Shown in pieces: positions 51,686 through 60,723 of a DNA stretch of 64,000 nucleotides. The position numbers were made by a program, and so were the translations under genes. The first letter of the stretch is position 1, and every line of letters starts with the position of its first letter. This stretch comes from an uncultured SAR86 cluster bacterium (GTDB taxonomy: Bacteria; Pseudomonadota; Gammaproteobacteria; Magnimaribacterales; D2472). The stretch covers positions 34,607 to 98,606 of the forward strand of contig CACJSU010000005.1 in NCBI GenBank assembly GCA_902596165.1, in the 5' to 3' direction. Under the pieces are notes generated by a model that was not told where the DNA came from, did no database searches, and saw nothing but the letters and a program-made list of their open reading frames with translations.

Positions 51686-52264
51686 ATGATTGAAGACATC
51701 AAGTATAAACTAAATTTGCTTAATTCTGAAAAGCCAAGCGGTCGACCTCAGGCTTCAGTTTTAATAGCCATTTTAAATTATGGAAAATTTATTGAATCTC
51801 CTGAATTAATATATACGCAGCGTTCCAGCCACCTTTCAACTCATTCGGGTGAAGTAAGTTTTCCTGGAGGGAAATCAGACGAATCAGATCCAAGTCTTTT
51901 TGGAACAGCCTTGCGAGAATCTAATGAAGAGATGAACCTTAATAGCAAAGATGTCACTGAATTAGGTAAATTAAATTATCTTATTTCTCGACATAAAATA
52001 GAGGTAAATCCTTTTGTTGCTTCCGTTGATCAACCTCAAGTATTAAAACCCAATGAGGAGATACAAGAGATTTTTACTGTCCCATTAGATTTTTTACTTG
52101 ATCCAGTAAATATTCAAAGAGAAACCATCGAAAGACAAGGCGGTGTATGGCAAGTACCAACTTGGACAATAAAAGATCAAAAGATATGGGGATTAACTGC
52201 CATGATTACAGTAAACTTTTTAAATGTATGTTTTGATGCGAACATAGAGATATTAGAGGGTTAA
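51686..52264 (+). CDS. NUDIX hydrolase, CoA pyrophosphatase (NudL-like)
   Basis: 192 aa. YTQRSSHLSTHSGEVSFPGGK followed by the Nudix box ..ALRESNEEMNL, the pattern of CoA-specific Nudix enzymes. Confidence 0.75.
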   Translation: MIEDIKYKLNLLNSEKPSGRPQASVLIAILNYGKFIESPELIYTQRSSHLSTHSGEVSFPGGKSDESDPSLFGTALRESNEEMNLNSKDVTELGKLNYLISRHKIEVNPFVASVDQPQVLKPNEEIQEIFTVPLDFLLDPVNIQRETIERQGGVWQVPTWTIKDQKIWGLTAMITVNFLNVCFDANIEILEG

Positions 52265-52270
52265 TATTCC

Positions 52271-52786
52271 ATGATCATAGGTATTAATAATAAAAAATTA
52301 AAGACAGAGAATGATGATTTTTGGATTGCTCCAGATGCAACCGTGATTGGGGATGTTCAAATGGCTAGAAATACAAGTATATGGTTTCATTGCACTATCA
52401 GAGGAGACAATGAACCAATTATTTTAGGGGAGGGAACTAACATTCAAGATAATTCAGTGATCCATACAGATCCAGGATTTCCATGCACTATTGGTAAATT
52501 TGTTACAGTTGGTCATATGGCTATGCTCCATGGCTGTGAAATAGGAGATGGCTCACTTATTGGCATAGGTTCAGTTATTCTAAACGGAGCTAAAATAGGG
52601 AAAAATTGTATTATCGGAGCAAAAGCATTAATTACAGAGGGTATGGAGGTACCTGATGGTTCAATGGTCTTGGGCATTCCTGCAAAGGTTAAAAAAGAAC
52701 TCACCCTTGAAGAGCAAGAAATCCCATCTTTAAATGCGCATCATTACATTGAAAACTACAAAAGGTATAAGGCCGAGCTAGGTTAG
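52271..52786 (+). CDS. Gamma-carbonic-anhydrase-like / left-handed beta-helix (hexapeptide) protein
   Basis: 171 aa. Hexapeptide repeats (IGDGSLIGIGSVILNGAKIGKNCIIGA), with YrdA/PaaY-like length and layout. Confidence 0.82.
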   Translation: MIIGINNKKLKTENDDFWIAPDATVIGDVQMARNTSIWFHCTIRGDNEPIILGEGTNIQDNSVIHTDPGFPCTIGKFVTVGHMAMLHGCEIGDGSLIGIGSVILNGAKIGKNCIIGAKALITEGMEVPDGSMVLGIPAKVKKELTLEEQEIPSLNAHHYIENYKRYKAELG

Positions 52787-52790
52787 TCTC

Positions 52791-53510
52791 ATGTCAGGAA
52801 GAATAGTAAATTATTATGATGACTCAATAGAGTGTGAAGGTTATCTTTCGCTGCCTGAATCTTCAAAATCCGTGCCATTGGTTTTGGTTGCCCATACCTG
52901 GAAAGGTAGATCTGAGTTTGAAGATCAAAAAGTGATATCAATAAATAGTTTAGGATATGCTGCCATGTCGATTGATATTTTTGGCAGCGGTATTAATGGA
53001 AGCAGCGTTGAGGAGAATCAGGCCTTAATTGAGCCTTTTGTAAAAGATAGACAGCTATTTCGGCGGCGTCTTATTAGTGCGGTTGAGTTTGGTAAAACTA
53101 TTGAGGGTGTTGATGCATCAAAAATAGCATTGATTGGATTTTGTTTTGGCGGTCTTGCGGCTATAGAGCTTGCTCGCTCAGGCTATGAGCTCTCGGGATG
53201 CGTTAGTTTTCATGGGTTATTAAATCAATCTGATCAGCCGTTCCAAAAGGTGAATGCTAAATTATTGGTTTTGCATGGAGACAAAGATCCTATGGTTTCT
53301 TCAGATCAAATCTTGGCTTTGCAAGATGAAATGACAGAATCAGATGCTGATTGGCAATTCATTAGCTATGGCAATACTTACCATGCTTTTACCAATCCTG
53401 CAGCTAACGATATTGAAATGGGAACAGTTTATAATCATGATAGTGATATAAGATCCTGGACTGCAATGTCTAATTTTTTAGAGGAAGTTTTTAGTAATGT
53501 TAACAAGTGA
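52791..53510 (+). CDS. Dienelactone hydrolase family protein
   Basis: 239 aa with an alpha/beta hydrolase fold. Nucleophile motif IGFCFGG and the later HGDKDP..YHAF. Confidence 0.8.
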   Translation: MSGRIVNYYDDSIECEGYLSLPESSKSVPLVLVAHTWKGRSEFEDQKVISINSLGYAAMSIDIFGSGINGSSVEENQALIEPFVKDRQLFRRRLISAVEFGKTIEGVDASKIALIGFCFGGLAAIELARSGYELSGCVSFHGLLNQSDQPFQKVNAKLLVLHGDKDPMVSSDQILALQDEMTESDADWQFISYGNTYHAFTNPAANDIEMGTVYNHDSDIRSWTAMSNFLEEVFSNVNK

Positions 53511-56067
53511 ACTGAGAGCTAAGTTTTTAGACTACTTTAAAAAAAATGACCATGAATTGGTTGATTCTAGCCCTTTAATCCCAGCTAATGACGATACACT
53601 TCTATTTACTAATGCTGGTATGGTTCAATTTAAAGATGTATTTTTAGGATCTGATAAACGTCCCTACATAAGAGCCACTACAACTCAAAGATGTATCCGG
53701 GCCGGCGGAAAACACAATGATTTAGAAAATGTAGGTTATACACTTAGACATCACACTTTCTTTGAAATGTTGGGTAATTTTAGTTTTGGAGACTATTTTA
53801 AGGAAGAAGCAATTCAACTGGCCTGGAATTTTTTAACTCATGAGCTAAATTTGGACAAAGAAAGATTATGGATTTCTGTTTTCAGAGAAGATGATGAAGC
53901 TGCAGAAATTTGGTCATCAACAATTGGCGTTGATCCTGAGAGAATCGTTCGATTGGATGAGGAGGATAATTTCTGGTCAATGGGTGATACGGGCCCCTGC
54001 GGACCTTGCTCAGAAATTTACTATGATCATGGTGAGCAATATGAAGGCACTCCCCCTGGATCACCAGGTGATGATGGAGATAGATTTGTAGAAATTTGGA
54101 ACCTAGTTTTCATGCAGTTTAATAGAGATGCTAAAGGTAAATTAACACCTCTGCCAAAGCCTTCTGTCGATACTGGCATGGGATTAGAGAGGGTTGCTGC
54201 TGTGATGCAGGGCGTGAATTCAAACTATGAAACGGATCTTTTTCTTAATCTTATTAAGGCCTCTGAGGATGCTATTCAGTCTCCTGGAGAAGCATCGCAT
54301 AAAGTAATTGCAGACCATATTCGAAGTGTTAGCTTTTTAATTGCTGATGGCATAACTCCGTCGAATGAAGGCAGAGGATATGTTCTTAGAAGAATTATGC
54401 GAAGGGCTATTCGTCATGGCTATAAGCTTGGTGCCAAAAAACCATTTTTGTATTCCTTGGTGAAGTCATTAGTAAGAGAGATGGAGTCTGCATTCCCAAT
54501 GCTTGCTTCCAACCAAAAACAAATTGAGGAAATTATTCACAATGAAGAGAATAAGTTTCTTGAAACTTTAGATAAAGGAATTGAAATTTTAGAGAAAGAA
54601 ATTGCTAACATGGATTCAAAGGTTATTCCTGGAGATGTTGTGTTCAAACTTCATGATACATTTGGGTTCCCTTTTGATCTAACTGCGGATATTGCCCGTG
54701 AACAAGATTTAAAGTTGGATGAAGCAGGTTTTAATCAATGTATGGAAGAGCAAGTGAAAAATTCGAAATCAGCCAGTAAGTTCAAAGGCACTCAATTAGA
54801 CTTGTCCTCAATTGATGAAACCAAATTTCTTGGCTATGACAGGTTAAATGCTGAAGGCAAGATCTTGGGTTTATGGAATGATGATCTGCAAGTAGATTCT
54901 GCAACTTCTGATAAAGAATATTTTCTTGCATTAGATCAAACTCCTTTTTATGCAGAATCAGGAGGCCAGGTTGGAGACCAGGGAGAATTTTCTGGCTCTA
55001 GCGGAAGTGGACAGATATTAGATTGTATTAAACAGGGAAAAATCTTTCTTCATACAATTAAACTTGATGAGGGCAAAGTTAAATCAGGCGAGACATTAAA
55101 ACTTGCAGTCGCATCTGATAAGCGGGCTTCAGCAGCTTCTAATCATTCTGCAACTCACTTAATGCATGCTGCCTTGAAACATGTTCTTGGTAGTCATGTT
55201 GAGCAAAAGGGATCAATGGTAGATGCTTCAAAACTACGTTTTGATTTTTCTCATCCTAAAGCAGTAACAAAAGATGAGATAAAACAAATAGAATTATTGG
55301 TTAATCAACATACCCTAAACAATGCTGAAGTAAAAACTGAATTAATGAAACTGGATGATGCAATTGCATCTGGTGCTGAGGCGATGTTTGGCGAAAAATA
55401 CGATGATGAGGTTAGAGTTTTATCAATGAGTGATGGTTTCTCGGTAGAGCTTTGCGGTGGAACCCATGTTACAAGGACCGGCGATATTGGTATGTTTGTT
55501 ATTCTTAGCGAATCCAGCGTTTCATCAGGAGTTCGAAGAATTGAAGCTGTCACAGGTGCTAAGGCATTAGAACTAGCACTCGAGATACGATCTCAACTGC
55601 AAGATGTTCAAGGAATATTAAATGTTGGAGCTTCTAAGGTAAGTTCCAAAGTTGAAGACTTGGTTAAAGAAAATAAATCCTTAAAAAAAGGTAATACAAG
55701 TAAAGCTAAATCTTCAGTGGATTTTAAAGAAGTGATTCATAAAATTAAGAACCTTGATTTGGTTTTGATAGAGGCAGATAACCAAAATATCCAAGATTTA
55801 AGGCTGCTGGTTGATAGTTCTAAAAAAGACCAATCGCGAAGATGCGTTTTAATCTTGAGCCACCAAGATTCTAAAGTTGTGATGGTCTGCGGAGTGACTG
55901 AAGATATTCAAGAATCATTGAGCGCCAATGATGTTATTCAAGCAATCGCCAAGGCCTCTGATGGAAAAGGTGGTGGTCGCAAGGATTTTGCTCAAGGAGC
56001 AGGTGTAGCTGATAATTTTGAAGAATTTGTTAATTCTATTCCTGATATCGTACAATCCATCGCTTAA
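53497..56067 (+). CDS. alaS: Alanine--tRNA ligase
   Basis: 856 aa. Motifs FTNAGMVQFKDVFLG, RHHTFFEMLGNFSFGDYFK, editing-domain HSATHLMH..CGGTHV, and the C-terminal DHHA1 GGGRKDFAQG. Confidence 0.97.
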   Translation: MLTSELRAKFLDYFKKNDHELVDSSPLIPANDDTLLFTNAGMVQFKDVFLGSDKRPYIRATTTQRCIRAGGKHNDLENVGYTLRHHTFFEMLGNFSFGDYFKEEAIQLAWNFLTHELNLDKERLWISVFREDDEAAEIWSSTIGVDPERIVRLDEEDNFWSMGDTGPCGPCSEIYYDHGEQYEGTPPGSPGDDGDRFVEIWNLVFMQFNRDAKGKLTPLPKPSVDTGMGLERVAAVMQGVNSNYETDLFLNLIKASEDAIQSPGEASHKVIADHIRSVSFLIADGITPSNEGRGYVLRRIMRRAIRHGYKLGAKKPFLYSLVKSLVREMESAFPMLASNQKQIEEIIHNEENKFLETLDKGIEILEKEIANMDSKVIPGDVVFKLHDTFGFPFDLTADIAREQDLKLDEAGFNQCMEEQVKNSKSASKFKGTQLDLSSIDETKFLGYDRLNAEGKILGLWNDDLQVDSATSDKEYFLALDQTPFYAESGGQVGDQGEFSGSSGSGQILDCIKQGKIFLHTIKLDEGKVKSGETLKLAVASDKRASAASNHSATHLMHAALKHVLGSHVEQKGSMVDASKLRFDFSHPKAVTKDEIKQIELLVNQHTLNNAEVKTELMKLDDAIASGAEAMFGEKYDDEVRVLSMSDGFSVELCGGTHVTRTGDIGMFVILSESSVSSGVRRIEAVTGAKALELALEIRSQLQDVQGILNVGASKVSSKVEDLVKENKSLKKGNTSKAKSSVDFKEVIHKIKNLDLVLIEADNQNIQDLRLLVDSSKKDQSRRCVLILSHQDSKVVMVCGVTEDIQESLSANDVIQAIAKASDGKGGGRKDFAQGAGVADNFEEFVNSIPDIVQSIA

Positions 56068-56080
56068 TCTTTAAGCATTA

Positions 56081-57295
56081 ATGATGGAAACAATAGTATT
56101 AAAATTTGGTGGTACCTCAGTTGGGTCGACTGACAGAATATCTGCTGTTGCAAATTTAATTAAAACCGCATGTAAAGAAGCCTCACCCGTTGTTGTAGTT
56201 TCTGCGATGAGCGGAGAAACGAATCGTTTAATTGATTTAGCTAAATCCTTTGGAGCTGAACCTAATAAAAGAGAGTTTGATGCCCTTGTTTCTACTGGAG
56301 AGAAGGTTAGCGCCTCCTTGGTTTCCATTGCCTTGAATCAATTAGGCCTAAAAGCTAAATCGCTGTCTGCTGCTCAATTTGGTATGAAGACCACTTCTAA
56401 TTTTTCGCGAGCAAAAATCCTAGATTTAGATAAGGATATTATTTTCAAAACTATTCAAGACGGCTATATCCCAATTATTACTGGATTTCAGGGCGTCAAC
56501 AATGACGGTGATACCACCACTATGGGAAGAGGTGGAAGTGATACTACTGCAGTAGCAATAGCTGCTTCAATTAAATCTAAGCGCTGTGATATCTATACCG
56601 ATGTTGATGGTATCTATACAACAGATCCTAGAATTGTTCCAAATGCAAAAAAACTTGATTCAATCAGCATGGAAGAAATGTTGGAACTAGCAGGTCAGGG
56701 TGCTAAAGTTATGCAAATACGTGCGGTTGAGTTCGCGAACAAATATAAGGTTCTAGTAAGAGTTTTATCAAGTTTCGAACCAGGCTCAGGAACGCTTATT
56801 TTACAGGAGGAAGAGGGAATGGAAGATGCTGTGATTACGGGTATTGCCTCACAAAAAGATCAGACAAAATTTACTTTGCATGGAGTCGGTGATACTCCTG
56901 GAATTGCCTCTGGTATTTTAAGCCCAGTTAGCGATGCAGGCATTGAAGTAGATGTTATTGTTCAAAATGTGAGTGTTTCTGGAAAAACAGATTTTACTTT
57001 TACAGTTGGAAACGCTGATAGAGCTGAGGTTGAATCAGTTTTAAGAACAAAAATGCAGGGCATTTCATACGATGAATTAATCATTGACGAAGGCATCGGT
57101 AAGGTTTCTTTGGTAGGTGTTGGCATGCGCTCTCATGCGGGAATCGCTAGCACTGCATTTAATGCTTTAGCAGATGCTGGAATAAATATTCAAATGATTA
57201 GCACTTCAGAAATTAAAATTACAATTGTTATCTCAGGTGACCAGCTTGAAGTAGCAGTTAAAACTTTGCATTCAGCATTTAATTTAGGAGATTAA
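56081..57295 (+). CDS. lysC: Aspartate kinase
   Basis: 404 aa. Motifs VLKFGGTSVG, GRGGSDTTA and TDVDGIYTTDPR, plus two C-terminal ACT-like regions. Follows alaS as in Pseudomonas. Confidence 0.93.
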   Translation: MMETIVLKFGGTSVGSTDRISAVANLIKTACKEASPVVVVSAMSGETNRLIDLAKSFGAEPNKREFDALVSTGEKVSASLVSIALNQLGLKAKSLSAAQFGMKTTSNFSRAKILDLDKDIIFKTIQDGYIPIITGFQGVNNDGDTTTMGRGGSDTTAVAIAASIKSKRCDIYTDVDGIYTTDPRIVPNAKKLDSISMEEMLELAGQGAKVMQIRAVEFANKYKVLVRVLSSFEPGSGTLILQEEEGMEDAVITGIASQKDQTKFTLHGVGDTPGIASGILSPVSDAGIEVDVIVQNVSVSGKTDFTFTVGNADRAEVESVLRTKMQGISYDELIIDEGIGKVSLVGVGMRSHAGIASTAFNALADAGINIQMISTSEIKITIVISGDQLEVAVKTLHSAFNLGD

Positions 57296-58629
57296 TGTAC
57301 GACTTAATATTAAAAAATGGGACTCTTATCAATGAAGGGAAAATTTTTGAATCTGATATAGCAATTAAAGGAGATAGAATTGAGAAAATTGCATCCTCAA
57401 TAGATGCAGAATCAAAAAGCACTGTTGACCTTAAAGGCAAATATGTAATTCCAGGACTCATTGATGATCAAGTTCATTTTAGAGAACCTGGTTTAACTCA
57501 TAAAGGTGAGATTGCTACAGAATCAAAAGCTGGTCTTGCGGGAGGGGTTACAAGTTACTTTGAGATGCCTAATGTGAATCCAACCACAACAACAAATGAG
57601 AATTTAACAAAAAAATTTCAGCTAGCCAGTACAAAATCTGTTTCCAATTATTCGTTTCATCTTGGAGCAAGCAATACCAATATTGAAGAAATTAAAAAAG
57701 CAGATATTCATCAAGCTGCAGGATTAAAAGTCTTTATGGGTGCTTCAACCGGCCACATGTTGGTTGATGATTTAGATGCATTAGACGATATTTTTCATTA
57801 TTCCCCATTGATAGTTGTAACTCACTGTGAGGATCAAAAAACAGTCGAAAGAAACGAGCAATTATTCCATGAGAAGTATGGTGAAGGGGTTTCTCCTGAG
57901 CATCACCATTTGATAAGGGATGTTGAAAGCTGCTATATCTCTAGCTCTTTGGCAGTCAGCTTAGCTAAAAAATATGATGCTGATCTTCATGTATTTCACT
58001 TAACCACTGAAAAAGAAATGGAATTATTCTCTCCTGGTGAGGCTGACCAAAAGAAGATTACTGCAGAAGTTTGTGTGCATCATATGTATTTCAATGACTC
58101 ATATTATGCTGAGCTTGGAAATCAAATTAAATGCAATCCATCCATTAAACAAGAATCAGACCGTCAGGCGCTAATCAAAGCACTTCTAGAAAACAAAATT
58201 GATATTATTGCCACGGACCATGCTCCTCATACATGGGAGGAAAAGAGCAGAGCTTATACTGAAGCTCCAGCTGGTTTGCCTCTAGTGCAACATGGCCTTC
58301 AGATTTTAATGGATCTTTATCATCAGGATGTTTTATCTCTTGAAACCATTGTTGAAAAGACAAGTCATAACATAGCCAAAAGATTTCAAGTAAAAGACAG
58401 GGGTTATATTAGAGAGGGATATTATGCTGATCTAGCAATCTTGGATCATGAAAAGCCCTATGAAGTATCCAAAGAAAATATTTTATATAAGTGTGGATGG
58501 TCGCCATTTGAGGGGCACAGCTTTAAATCTTCGATATTTATGACCATTGTTAATGGCAATATTGCTTTTCAAGATGGCATGGTAACCAAGGATCTGCCAT
58601 TTGGCATGCAAATAGAATTCGATAGATAG
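57295..58629 (+). CDS. pyrC: Dihydroorotase-like cyclic amidohydrolase (class I length, variant metal motif)
   Basis: 444 aa. IPGLIDDQVHFREPG (DQVH where class I enzymes have HxH), GLKVFMG, THCED, HVFHLTT and ATDHAPH. Confidence 0.78.
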   Translation: MYDLILKNGTLINEGKIFESDIAIKGDRIEKIASSIDAESKSTVDLKGKYVIPGLIDDQVHFREPGLTHKGEIATESKAGLAGGVTSYFEMPNVNPTTTTNENLTKKFQLASTKSVSNYSFHLGASNTNIEEIKKADIHQAAGLKVFMGASTGHMLVDDLDALDDIFHYSPLIVVTHCEDQKTVERNEQLFHEKYGEGVSPEHHHLIRDVESCYISSSLAVSLAKKYDADLHVFHLTTEKEMELFSPGEADQKKITAEVCVHHMYFNDSYYAELGNQIKCNPSIKQESDRQALIKALLENKIDIIATDHAPHTWEEKSRAYTEAPAGLPLVQHGLQILMDLYHQDVLSLETIVEKTSHNIAKRFQVKDRGYIREGYYADLAILDHEKPYEVSKENILYKCGWSPFEGHSFKSSIFMTIVNGNIAFQDGMVTKDLPFGMQIEFDR

Positions 58630-58673
58630 TATTATTTTCTTGTTTTAAAGCGTTATAATTTCTGTCCAAAATC

Positions 58674-58764
58674 GGAGAGTTGGCTGAGTGGTCGAAAGCG
58701 CCTCCCTGCTAAGGAGGTATATGGGTTTACTGTATCGAGGGTTCGAATCCCTCACTCTCCGCCA
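58674..58764 (+). tRNA. tRNA-Ser (anticodon GCU), class II with long variable arm, CCA encoded
   Basis: GGAGAGT..ACTCTCC acceptor stem, anticodon stem-loop CCTCC-CTGCTAA-GGAGG, variable arm ATATGG-GTTTA-CTGTAT, and T-arm GAGGGTTCGAATCCCTC. Resembles E. coli serV. Confidence 0.95.
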
Positions 58765-58767
58765 GCG

Positions 58768-59301
58768 CTAAATCTCTTTTTCCATTCGAACCATTGGTAC
58801 TGTTTTACCAGAATTGGTCTTATAAAGAACATTTTCGATTCGCTGATATCCCTGAGTTTCATAGAGAAGTATTCCAGATTGAGTCGCCATAAGCTCACAT
58901 TTTTTAAATCCAAGATTTTTTGCAGCCTCTTCACCCAAACTCATTACCAATGAACCAACACCTTTTCTTATCCAGTCAGGATGAGTATACATAGCTCTTA
59001 TGCGAGCAGAATCTATTTTAGGATCAAGAAATTTATCGTCTCTGTTAGGCGTATGATTACCACCAAATAAAGTTTCTCTATTACTCCATCCACCACAACC
59101 AACAAATATGTCTTTGCTGAAGATCATGAAATATGTCTCATCTTTGATTAGTTGATCATCTAAGCCCATGCTATCCAAAGAGGCCTCTAATTGATCTGTC
59201 GTGAGCAGTGGGCCAAGGAGTTGATCAATCGAAAGTTTCATTAAATTTTCAATGGCTGGAATATCATTAAAAGTTGCGATTCTGTGAGTAAACTCATTCA
59301 T
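58768..59301 (-). CDS. GNAT family N-acetyltransferase
   Basis: 177 aa. VGCGGWS.., the acetyl-CoA loop IRKGVGSLV, and YETQGYQ. Confidence 0.75.
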   Translation of the reverse strand: MNEFTHRIATFNDIPAIENLMKLSIDQLLGPLLTTDQLEASLDSMGLDDQLIKDETYFMIFSKDIFVGCGGWSNRETLFGGNHTPNRDDKFLDPKIDSARIRAMYTHPDWIRKGVGSLVMSLGEEAAKNLGFKKCELMATQSGILLYETQGYQRIENVLYKTNSGKTVPMVRMEKEI

Positions 59302-59379
59302 ATTCTTGTATTTTAATACCCATGATCATTATAGTAACTGTTAGAATCTTTTATTAAATTTCTCCTATCTTAAAATTAT

Positions 59380-60687
59380 ATGAGCCGATTAAATTCTAAG
59401 AATCCTGCGTCTGCATTTGATGATACCCTTGAAGACATTTTGCAGTTACTTGAGGAGGATACTCAGCATTTTATCTATCTAACAGGCGCAGCAGGCACTG
59501 GGAAGACAACTCTGATTGAGCATGTAAAGGATGAGTGCTTATTAAAAAAAATGGTTGTAGCTCCAACTGGAGTTGCGGCATTGAATATTGGTGGCAGCAC
59601 GATTAACTCAGCATTTAGAATTGGTTTTGATACTTTTCCGGTCATCCAAGAATCAAAAGATCCACGCTTTAAAAAATTATTAAAAAATTTAGAGCTATTA
59701 ATTATTGATGAAATTTCTATGGTTCGAGCACCCATGCTTGATGCTATTTCTGAAACCCTTCAAATCCATCGTAATTCATCCAAGCCATTTGGAGGTATAC
59801 ATGTGCTTGCTTGCGGTGATTTGTTTCAGCTACCACCAGTGGTGAAAGAGAATGAAGAAACTGCAATTTTTGAAAGATATGAATCGGTATATTTTTTTAG
59901 CGCAAATAACTTTCAAGCTATTGAGAAACCCTCATTTTTTGAACTAGTCAGCTCTTTTAGGCAGCAGGATGATAAAGAATTTTATGATTTGTTGAACAAT
60001 GTTCGTCTTGGGCAAAACCTTCAGGAGTCTATTAAGATAATCAATCAGACTTGTCATAATCCAGAGTTTGATACCGAGTCGTCCCTGATTATTACTTCAA
60101 GAAAGTACCGCGCAGAACAAATCAATGAAGAAATGTTAAATTTAATCGATGGTCCCGTAACTGTAGCTAAATCAAAAGAGCAAGGCGAGTTAAATGAAAA
60201 TGATCTGCCTGCTCCTAGAGAACTTCGCGTTAAAGAGGATGCCAAAGTCATGTTTATTAAAAATGATCCAGATGGCAGATGGGTCAATGGAACCATAGGC
60301 GTTGTCATTGATTGTTCTGATAAAAATAAAAAAGTGATCAAGGTAAAAGTTGGTAGTGATGTTTTTAAGGTTAAGCGTGAAGAATGGAATAAGGTGAGAT
60401 ATGTTTATGATGAATTTAATGATGAAATGGAAGAAGAAGTTGTCTCATCATTCAAGCAATTTCCTCTTAAATTGGGTTGGGCAGTGACAATACATAAGGC
60501 CCAAGGTCTTACTTTGGAGAGTTGTTCAGTAGATTTGGGTGATGGGGCCTTTGCGACAGGGCAGGCATATGTAGCATTAAGTCGATGCAAAACTTTAGAC
60601 TCTTTAAATTTGTACCGTGAGTTAAAAGTTAGGGATGCGCTTGTTGATCCTGATATACAAGATTTTCATGCAGAATATTTTGGATAG
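59380..60687 (+). CDS. Pif1-family (RecD-like SF1B) DNA helicase, stand-alone
   Basis: 435 aa. Motifs: I LTGAAGTGKTT; Ia APTGVAALNIGGSTINSAF; II LLIIDEISMV; Pif1 signature/III PFGGIHVLACGDLFQLPPV; IV FRQQDDKEFYDLLNNVRLG; V AKVMFIKND; VI AVTIHKAQGLTLE. Confidence 0.82.
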   Translation: MSRLNSKNPASAFDDTLEDILQLLEEDTQHFIYLTGAAGTGKTTLIEHVKDECLLKKMVVAPTGVAALNIGGSTINSAFRIGFDTFPVIQESKDPRFKKLLKNLELLIIDEISMVRAPMLDAISETLQIHRNSSKPFGGIHVLACGDLFQLPPVVKENEETAIFERYESVYFFSANNFQAIEKPSFFELVSSFRQQDDKEFYDLLNNVRLGQNLQESIKIINQTCHNPEFDTESSLIITSRKYRAEQINEEMLNLIDGPVTVAKSKEQGELNENDLPAPRELRVKEDAKVMFIKNDPDGRWVNGTIGVVIDCSDKNKKVIKVKVGSDVFKVKREEWNKVRYVYDEFNDEMEEEVVSSFKQFPLKLGWAVTIHKAQGLTLESCSVDLGDGAFATGQAYVALSRCKTLDSLNLYRELKVRDALVDPDIQDFHAEYFG

Positions 60688-60723
60688 CTCTACAATAAGA
60701 ATTTAAATCTTAAAATTAAATTA

